A program made the translations under genes and the position numbers. The notes beneath the pieces are model-generated. The model saw only the letters and a list, made by a program, of their open reading frames with translations, searched no databases and was not told where the DNA came from. Shown here piece by piece: positions 53,915-60,857 of a DNA stretch of 60,857 nucleotides; within the stretch, counting starts at the first letter, position 1, and each line of letters starts with the position of its first letter. Origin of the DNA: Desulfobacterales bacterium (GTDB lineage: Bacteria; Desulfobacterota; Desulfobacteria; Desulfobacterales; UBA2156). Location: the NCBI GenBank assembly GCA_027025555.1, contig JALVQN010000217.1:1-60857 (forward strand). Direction: 5' to 3'.

Positions 53915-55551
53915 TTCCCCTGGGCGGCCTGGGAGAAATCGGCTTGAACATGATGGCCGTCCAGTACAACGAGACCCTTTTCGTCATCGATGCGGGTCTC
54001 ATGTTTCCCGAAGAGTACATGCTCGGAGTCGATTTCGTGATTCCCGACATGAGCTATCTGAAAAAGGCGGGACCTAAGGTCTCCGGCATCGTCCTCACCC
54101 ATGCCCATGAGGATCATATCGGCGCCCTTCCTTATCTCCTGAGGGACATCAATGTCCCTGTTTTTGGCACGGCCTTTACATTGGGCATCGCAAGGCATAA
54201 GCTCGAGGAGTATGGAATCCTGCCTTCCAGCAAGCTGCATGAAGTCTCTCCTGGAGAGCATCTCAAGATCGGAAAGCTCGAGCTCGAGTTTATCCGGGTG
54301 GGGCATAGCGTGGTGGATGGCGTGGGTGTGGCGATTCGGACACCTTATGGTCTGATCGTGCACACGGGGGATTTCAAGATCAACCACGCGGCGAGCGGGG
54401 GAATGACCACCGATGTGAATCGTTTCGCACGGTGCGGGGAAGATGGGGTGTTGGCCCTTTTATCCGATTCCACCAACGTGGAAAAGGAAGGGTATACCGC
54501 ATCCGCCGAAGAAATCGGCGAAGCCTTGTACCGGGCCACGGCCGGCCACAAGGGACGCGTGATCATCTCCCTTTTTGCCTCCAATATCGTCCGGATCGGA
54601 AAGATTGTCGACATCGCCAAATCCCAGGGGAGAAAGGTTGTTCTGGACGGAAAGAGCATCGAAACCAGTGTGAATATCGCAAAATCCTTGGGTCTGATGG
54701 ATATTCCTGAAAAGCTGCAGATCGACATCAATCGGGTCGGCGACTTTCCAGATGAAGAGATTCTCATGATCACCACCGGGAGCCAGGGAGAGCCCATGTC
54801 TTCTCTGGCGCGCATGGCCACCAGAACCCATAAAAGGGTGAGCATCCGGAAGGGGGATTTGGTGATCCTTTCCTCCAAGTTCATTCCTGGAAATGAAAAG
54901 GCCATCGGCAAGATCATCAACAAGCTTTACCGGCTGGGCGCCGATGTCATTTACGAGAAAATTTCCGACATCCATGCCAGCGGTCATGCATTCAAAGAAG
55001 AGCTGAAGCTGATGATGACCCTCACCCGGCCCAAATATTTCGTTCCGATACACGGGGAGTACCGGCACCTTGTCTTGCATGCCCATTTGGCTGAAAAAAT
55101 CGGGATACCCAAAGAGCGTATTCTCCTTGCGGAAAACGGGCAGGTCATAGAATTCGACCAAAAGGGAGGAAGAATTCGGGACCGGGTCTACACGGGGCGC
55201 ATCCTGATAGACGGGAAGGGAATCGGCGATGTGGGGAGAAGTGTCCTCAAGGAGCGCCGCCTTTTGTCGGAAGACGGTCTGGTCGTCGTAAACATGGCCT
55301 TTGATGAGGAGACGGGGATTGTCACCTACGGTCCGGAAGTGGTTTCCCGGGGGTTCATTTTTGAAACGGAATCCGGGCATCTGCTGGAAGACGCCAAATG
55401 CGTCATTTTGGAAATCGTGGAGGAGGTGCCTCCTGAAACGCCGAATCGGATCGAGAAGATCCGCACGAAACTCCGGACCGCCCTCAGGCAGTACTTTTAT
55501 TTTGCGATTCAGCGGCGTCCGGTGATCCTTCCGTTTATCGTTGAGGTATGA
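53902..55551 (+). CDS. rnj: Ribonuclease J
   Basis: PLGGLGEIG.N, THAHEDHIG, HTGDFK, DSTN, TGSQGEP, HASGH, PIHGE. Confidence 0.95.
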   Translation: MLKLIPLGGLGEIGLNMMAVQYNETLFVIDAGLMFPEEYMLGVDFVIPDMSYLKKAGPKVSGIVLTHAHEDHIGALPYLLRDINVPVFGTAFTLGIARHKLEEYGILPSSKLHEVSPGEHLKIGKLELEFIRVGHSVVDGVGVAIRTPYGLIVHTGDFKINHAASGGMTTDVNRFARCGEDGVLALLSDSTNVEKEGYTASAEEIGEALYRATAGHKGRVIISLFASNIVRIGKIVDIAKSQGRKVVLDGKSIETSVNIAKSLGLMDIPEKLQIDINRVGDFPDEEILMITTGSQGEPMSSLARMATRTHKRVSIRKGDLVILSSKFIPGNEKAIGKIINKLYRLGADVIYEKISDIHASGHAFKEELKLMMTLTRPKYFVPIHGEYRHLVLHAHLAEKIGIPKERILLAENGQVIEFDQKGGRIRDRVYTGRILIDGKGIGDVGRSVLKERRLLSEDGLVVVNMAFDEETGIVTYGPEVVSRGFIFETESGHLLEDAKCVILEIVEEVPPETPNRIEKIRTKLRTALRQYFYFAIQRRPVILPFIVEV

Positions 55552-55674
55552 TGGCCGGCCTGATAAAGGGACGGGAGATTCAGGGAAAAGAGAACGCTTG
55601 GAAGGTCCGGAAAAGCGGGAATCCACACTGCCCGCCCTTCATGGGATGATCGCGATGGAATCTGACGAGCGCCT

Positions 55675-57822
55675 ATGAGCATGCGAAAAGAGATTGTCGG
55701 CATCATTCTGTTTTTTCTGGTGGTTTTGACCCTGGTCAGCCTCTTGTCGTACAGCCCGCTGGATCCCTCCATTCACACCGCTGCAAGCGGCAGAAAAGTC
55801 CATAACCTCTTTGGGCTCTTCGGGGCCCACTTGGCCGGATTCCTGGTGGGACTCTTCGGTGTCGGGGCCTTTTGGATTCCGGTGCTTTTACTCCTTTGTA
55901 GCATTCACTTTTTTGGAGATCACCCTAAAAGCGCCATTATAACGACCCTGGCGGGCGGTATTCTTCTCATCATTACGACCGGAAGCCTTCTGGCCTTCAA
56001 ACACAAGACAGTCCGGATTCTGGGACAGGGATTTTCTTCAGGGGGCATGATCGGATTGCCCATAAAATCCTTCTTGACCGCCTATGCCAATACCGCGGGC
56101 GGGGTGATCACGCTGATGGTCCTGTGGGTCATCGGATTCGTCCTGGCCACCCGGTTTTCCCTGGTCGCCGCCTTCAAGCTCTTTTCGCGCGGCATGCGCG
56201 CTTTGATCCAGCGTGTGGCAGCCTTTATGATTAAATATAAGGAGCGGAAGGAAAAGGTCCGGAAGAGAAAAAGCCTGCCCCGGCAAGATCTTGGGAAAGC
56301 GTCCATCACCATCAAGGCCCCCAAACCAAAGCCCAGCCAAACGGTTCCCGTTCCCAAGCAGGCTGTTTTCGATTTCGTGATCAAGGATTCCGGTTTCCAA
56401 AAACCAGGCGGCGACCTGTTGATTGATCCCGACCACCGGCCTGTTCAGGTGGACGGTGAAAACCTGAAGATGCAGTCCAAGCTCTTGGAGAAGAAGCTGT
56501 CTGACTTCGGCGTGGACGGACGTGTCGTATCCGTGGCGCCCGGACCGGTCATCACCACCTTTGAATACGAACCCGCTCCCGGGGTGAAGATCAGCAAGAT
56601 TGCAAGCCTTTCCGATGACCTCTCCCTGGCCCTGCGTGCCCTGAGCGTTCGGATTGTCGCACCGATCCCCGGAAAGTCGGTGATTGGCATCGAGATACCC
56701 AACGCTGTGCGAGAACTGGTCCGGTTCAAGGAAGTCATCACTTCAATCGCCTTTGAAAAGTCCAAATCCAAACTGAGCATCTGTCTCGGGAAGGATATCG
56801 TGGGGGAGCCGGTGGTGGCGGACCTGACCCAGATGCCCCACCTGCTCATTGCCGGCGCCACCGGTACCGGCAAAAGCGTGGCGCTGAACGGGATGATCTG
56901 CAGCATTCTTTACAAGGCATCTCCTGACGAGGCGAAACTGATTCTGATTGATCCGAAAAGGATCGAACTTTCCCTGTACAATGGCATTCCCCACCTCATC
57001 GCCCCCGTGGTGACCGATGTGAAGGAGGCCAACAACGCCCTCTTCTGGGCCGTCCGTGAAATGGAGCGGCGATACGTGCTCCTTTCTGAAAAAAAGACGA
57101 GGAACATCCGCCAATACAACCAGGCGATCAAAAAGGAAGCCAAACAGAAAAAGGAAGAGACTCCCGAGACGCTTCCGTACATCGTGGTGGTTATCGACGA
57201 ACTTTCAGACCTCATGATGGTGTCCTCCCGGGATGTGGAGTTTGCCTTGATGCGCCTGGCCCAGATGGCCCGGGCCGCCGGGATCCATCTCATCATCGCC
57301 ACCCAGCGGCCGTCGGTGGATGTGCTCACCGGGGTGATCAAGGCCAATTTTCCCGCGCGACTCACGTTTCAGGTCTCATCCAAGACGGACTCCCGTACCA
57401 TCATTGACACCAATGGCGCCGAGTCCCTTTTGGGAAACGGAGACATGCTTTTTATGCCTCCGGGGACGGCCAGGCTCCAGCGCATCCACGGGGCCTATCT
57501 GGCCGAGGAGGAACTCGTCCGGATCGTGGAGTTTTTGAAAAAACAAAAGCCGCCCCAGTATTTGGAGGAGGTCACCCGGCCACCCAAGGAGGAACGGGAA
57601 GAGGGCGGCTCGGAAGAATACGATGCACGCTATGATGATGCGGTGGCCCTGGTCACAAAGATGGGTCAAGCCTCCATCTCCATGATCCAGCGCCACCTGC
57701 GCGTCGGATACAACCGTGCCGCCCGGATCATCGAGACCATGGAAAGAGAAGGCATCGTCGGGCCTTCCGACGGGGTGAAGCCCAGAGAGGTCCTCGTCCG
57801 GAGTTACGACACCGATGCATAG
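55675..57822 (+). CDS. ftsK: DNA translocase FtsK
   Basis: 4TM N-terminus, PHLLIAGATGTGKS, IDPK, VIDE, ATQRPSVDV, gamma domain IQRHLRVGYNRAAR. Confidence 0.96.
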   Translation: MSMRKEIVGIILFFLVVLTLVSLLSYSPLDPSIHTAASGRKVHNLFGLFGAHLAGFLVGLFGVGAFWIPVLLLLCSIHFFGDHPKSAIITTLAGGILLIITTGSLLAFKHKTVRILGQGFSSGGMIGLPIKSFLTAYANTAGGVITLMVLWVIGFVLATRFSLVAAFKLFSRGMRALIQRVAAFMIKYKERKEKVRKRKSLPRQDLGKASITIKAPKPKPSQTVPVPKQAVFDFVIKDSGFQKPGGDLLIDPDHRPVQVDGENLKMQSKLLEKKLSDFGVDGRVVSVAPGPVITTFEYEPAPGVKISKIASLSDDLSLALRALSVRIVAPIPGKSVIGIEIPNAVRELVRFKEVITSIAFEKSKSKLSICLGKDIVGEPVVADLTQMPHLLIAGATGTGKSVALNGMICSILYKASPDEAKLILIDPKRIELSLYNGIPHLIAPVVTDVKEANNALFWAVREMERRYVLLSEKKTRNIRQYNQAIKKEAKQKKEETPETLPYIVVVIDELSDLMMVSSRDVEFALMRLAQMARAAGIHLIIATQRPSVDVLTGVIKANFPARLTFQVSSKTDSRTIIDTNGAESLLGNGDMLFMPPGTARLQRIHGAYLAEEELVRIVEFLKKQKPPQYLEEVTRPPKEEREEGGSEEYDARYDDAVALVTKMGQASISMIQRHLRVGYNRAARIIETMEREGIVGPSDGVKPREVLVRSYDTDA

Positions 57823-57899
57823 GCCCCCTTTTTCCCGCCCTTTCGTGGAGACCGAAAGGGGGAAAGGTCCCGTTTAAGCCCGTGGGAAATGGCATCACC

Positions 57900-58676
57900 A
57901 TGAAAGACCTGCGCCGATTTGCCGAGGCCTTTGTGTCTGAAGAATCGGAGCAATCGGGAAGGCCGGCATGGTGGAACGCACCGCTTTTGGCCGCTGCTCC
58001 GTCGGATTCAAGATTTGACGCATTGCCCAAGATCGCGGCGGCCGATCATTTCCTGCCCCGGGATCTGCTGCCCACCGTGAAATCCGTGATCGTCTTTTTT
58101 ATCCCGTTTAAAAAGGCCCTGGTCATGGAGAATGCAACCGGCGATCGCCCCTGCCGCAACTGGGGGGCGGCGTATGTGCAGACCAACAATCTCATCGAGC
58201 GTTTGAGCCGGGGCCTGGCGGATCTTTTATCTGAAAGTGGATTTGCATGCGCCCTGACGCCCGCCACCCATAACTTTGATGAAGTCCGGTTGATGGCCCG
58301 GTGGTCCCACAAACACCTGGCCCATCTGGTCAACCTGGGGCGATTCGGCACCCATCATATGATGATTACGCCGTCCGGTTGCGCCGGTCGCCTGGGAAGT
58401 CTTGTCAGCGAAATGGACTTGGGGGATCACCCGTTGATTGAAACCGATCAAGCGTGTCTGTCCAAAGCCGGCCATGAATGTGGCCGGTGCATCCAGGCTT
58501 GCCCGGTGGCGGCGTTACAACCAAAGGCCTTTGACCGGAAGCGTTGCTGGAATCGGCTCAAGGACAACCGTCACACCCTTGTCTGTCTGGCCGATCTCCC
58601 GGAAACCACCCACGTCTGCGGCAAGTGCGCAGCCTCGATGCCCTGCAGCTTCATAAACCCCGTGGCGGAGATTTGA
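57900..58676 (+). CDS. Epoxyqueuosine-reductase-like (QueG-related) Fe-S protein
   Basis: WSHKHLA...GRFG, GRLGS, C..CGRCIQACP, C..CGKC...PC. Confidence 0.7.
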   Translation: MKDLRRFAEAFVSEESEQSGRPAWWNAPLLAAAPSDSRFDALPKIAAADHFLPRDLLPTVKSVIVFFIPFKKALVMENATGDRPCRNWGAAYVQTNNLIERLSRGLADLLSESGFACALTPATHNFDEVRLMARWSHKHLAHLVNLGRFGTHHMMITPSGCAGRLGSLVSEMDLGDHPLIETDQACLSKAGHECGRCIQACPVAALQPKAFDRKRCWNRLKDNRHTLVCLADLPETTHVCGKCAASMPCSFINPVAEI

Positions 58677-58800
58677 TTGGGGGATGTTTTTTCCGAACCG
58701 TCTTGCGGGTTGTTTGTAAAACTTTTACAGGGGGTTCTTTTTTTGCTTGTATCTTATCCGCCTTTCCCGTAGTCTGAATCCCTTAAGGCGGGTGTTCAAA

Positions 58801-58841
58801 CCGCTTCCGGTAACAGCGTACCGGAGGCGGAACATTTTTTT
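58801..58841 (+). terminator. Terminator-like hairpin upstream of the nitronate monooxygenase-family gene
   Basis: CCGCTTCCGGTA-ACAGCG-TACCGGAGGCGG followed by AACATTTTTTT. Confidence 0.45.
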
Positions 58842-58877
58842 AAGGACCCTGAAGAGCGATTCTAAAAAGGAGTATCC

Positions 58878-60023
58878 ATGACGTTGCCGGTACTTCAGTT
58901 CGGTGATTTGATCAGCCCCGTGCCGATTATTCAAGGCGGCATGGGGGTGGGTATCTCCATGTCGGGGTTGGCCTCCGCCGTGGCCAATGAAGGCGCCGTG
59001 GGGGTCATCTCTGCGGCCATGGCCGGTATTGACGAACCCGATATCCGGGAAAACCCCGTTGGAGCCAACTGTCGATCTGTCAAACGTGAAATTCGAGCCG
59101 CCCGTAAACTGACCCGGGGTGTCCTGGGGGTTAACATCATGGTGGCCCTTACCCATTACGCGGAATTGGTGCAAACAGCCATCAAAGAGGGCATCGACAT
59201 CATATTTGCCGGTGCCGGCCTTCCGTTGGATCTTCCCAAATACCGGGCACCCAGCGGGAAGACAAAACTGGTTCCCATCATTTCCTCGGCCCGCGCCGCC
59301 ATGGTGATCTGCAAGAAATGGATTTCGAAATTCAATTGCCTGCCTGATGGATTCGTGGTGGAAGGCCCCAAGGCGGGCGGGCACCTGGGGTTTAAGGCCG
59401 ATCAGCTTGAAGATCCCAGATTTTCGTTGGAAAACCTCGTCAAAGAGGTCGTTTCCGCTGTAAAACCCTTTGAGATCAAATATAAAAGGCCCATTCCGGT
59501 GATTGCTGCAGGCGGCATATACACCGGTGAAGACATTCGGAGGTTCATCCAGCTGAAAGCGGCCGGGGTGCAAATGGGGACGCGTTTTGTGGCCACCCAT
59601 GAATGTGATGCCGATCCGGCCTTCAAACAGGCCTTTGTCAAGGCGAAAAAAGAGGATCTGGTGGTGATTAAAAGCCCTGTGGGGATGCCTGGGAGGGCGC
59701 TGCGCAACAGTTTTATCGATTCGGTGAACGCTGGAACGAAGAAACCCTTCCGCTGCGTTTACCACTGCATCAAACCCTGTCGACCAGATCGCAGCCCTTA
59801 CTGTATCGCAACGGCACTGGCGGCGGCAAAGAAAGGGTTGCTGAAAAAAGGATTTGCCTTTGCAGGCGTCAATGCCTATCGCATTGATAAGATTATTTCC
59901 GTAAAACAACTCATCGACTCTTTAAAAGCCGAATATACGGCGGCCTGCCGCCGACGGAACAAGACCCCTCGGGACCTGGCGACCCCGTTGGCGCCTCCGG
60001 TCCAGCATCCGGTTTGTTTTTAA
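58878..60023 (+). CDS. Nitronate monooxygenase / FabK-FabX-like FMN enzyme with C-terminal Cys cluster
   Basis: PIIQGGMGVG, GAGLP, VEGPKAGGHLG, AAGGI, VQMGTRF, SPVGMPGRA, C..HCIKPC....YCI. AAGGAG RBS. Confidence 0.87.
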   Translation: MTLPVLQFGDLISPVPIIQGGMGVGISMSGLASAVANEGAVGVISAAMAGIDEPDIRENPVGANCRSVKREIRAARKLTRGVLGVNIMVALTHYAELVQTAIKEGIDIIFAGAGLPLDLPKYRAPSGKTKLVPIISSARAAMVICKKWISKFNCLPDGFVVEGPKAGGHLGFKADQLEDPRFSLENLVKEVVSAVKPFEIKYKRPIPVIAAGGIYTGEDIRRFIQLKAAGVQMGTRFVATHECDADPAFKQAFVKAKKEDLVVIKSPVGMPGRALRNSFIDSVNAGTKKPFRCVYHCIKPCRPDRSPYCIATALAAAKKGLLKKGFAFAGVNAYRIDKIISVKQLIDSLKAEYTAACRRRNKTPRDLATPLAPPVQHPVCF

Positions 60024-60290
60024 TTTCTCTGAAAAGCACCAACGGGAAAGGTTCAAGGGCGCTACACTTGCCCCTTAACCATTGTCTACTGTCTGACAAG
60101 CAGTTTAATCACTTGCTGATAGAAACTTGGTGGAAAAATATAGAAGCTGTTTTAACGCTTCCTTTTCAAATGTACGACGTGCCCGCCGTTTTGGTTTGAA
60201 CCCCAAGCCGAGAGCGCATTCCCCGTTGCTTGCGGCGGGGGATCTTCAAGGATTGACAGCCCGGGCCTTGGAAATAAAAGTGCCGGGTGG

Positions 60291-60779
60291 ATGATGAGCA
60301 ACATAGAGAAATACAAACCTGCCGTCAGGAAGGAGATCCTCATATTGTTTGCAGGCCTTGTGTGGATCGGTGTCGGCGTCATGCTTTTAATGCTGGCCTT
60401 TTCATGGTTGTCGAGGACTTATTCTCCTGACGTTTTTTTGTTTTCAGGCATCGGGACGGTCTTCGCATTGCTGATTCACCACTTTGGGTTCTTGAGGATT
60501 GTCAACAGTAATTTGAAGAGAATCCTTTCGATGACGGGGAAGCGATGTTTGTTTTCCTTTTTCCCTTTCAAGAGTTATTTTCTCATTGGAATTATGGTGG
60601 CCATGGGCATGATGCTGAGGCATTCGGCGGTTCCCAAGCGCTATTTGGCCATATTGTACATCGCCATCGGACTGGCGCTCCTGTTATCGAGCATCCGATA
60701 TATCAGATGCTTTGTGAAAACAGGGAGAGGCGGGCAAATGCAGGGTGACGGCCGCCGTCCCAGCGCCAATGGGCCTTAA
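60291..60779 (+). CDS. Hypothetical membrane protein (4 TM)
   Basis: 162 aa with four hydrophobic segments. Confidence 0.7.
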   Translation: MMSNIEKYKPAVRKEILILFAGLVWIGVGVMLLMLAFSWLSRTYSPDVFLFSGIGTVFALLIHHFGFLRIVNSNLKRILSMTGKRCLFSFFPFKSYFLIGIMVAMGMMLRHSAVPKRYLAILYIAIGLALLLSSIRYIRCFVKTGRGGQMQGDGRRPSANGP

Positions 60780-60792
60780 GGACGGCGGTGTC

Positions 60793-60857
60793 CTAAACCA
60801 CCTCTTTTCGGATCAACTCCTGGATTTCTTCTTCTTTAAAGGCGGGCTCCTTTAAAA
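60793..60857 (-). CDS. 3' end of a gene entering from beyond the window (partial)
   Basis: Open frame ..LKEPAFKEEEIQELIRKEVV-stop, convergent with the previous gene. Loosely resembles the C-termini of family III CoA-transferases. Confidence 0.35.
   Translation of the reverse strand, partial: LKEPAFKEEEIQELIRKEVV

Noticed and set aside
60024-60290. AT-richer intergenic stretch with 61-76 aa ORFs
   Set aside because: No RBS, motif or convincing RNA structure.

Overview
GC-rich, gene-dense chromosomal window with about 51 CDS. The gene content (Hdr/Mvh, MetVF, TAXI-TRAP, AmrS, 2x[4Fe-4S] ferredoxin, UGA-Sec) suggests an anaerobic Desulfobacterota-like deltaproteobacterium; this is inference. 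I saw no rRNA, tRNA, CRISPR array or intact mobile element. Main blocks: (1) hdrC-hdrB-hdrA-mvhD-metV-metF methylene-THF reductase operon, in which mvhD is a selenoprotein that the ORF track truncates at an in-frame UGA; (2) RpiR regulator, enoyl-CoA hydratase and ADP-forming acyl-CoA synthetase with twin operator palindromes, followed by a TAXI-TRAP transporter; (3) a ~17 kb minus-strand envelope/housekeeping run lptD-hddA-epimerase-gmhA-upxY-holB-PSP1-metG-PBP-kdnA-kdnB-giant GlmS-like; (4) surE-yhaM-tmk followed by a cysteine synthase fused to a CysRS whose ATP motifs (HIGH, KMSKS, GGG) are lost while the Zn/Cys site and anticodon domain are kept; (5) TPP-riboswitch-controlled thiM-thiE-thiL; (6) plsC-rnj-ftsK. 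The best candidates for undescribed biology are the CysM/pseudo-CysRS fusion and the 1252-aa GlmS-like protein whose nucleophile Cys sits behind a leader. All family calls come from motif recognition by eye, with no database searches.
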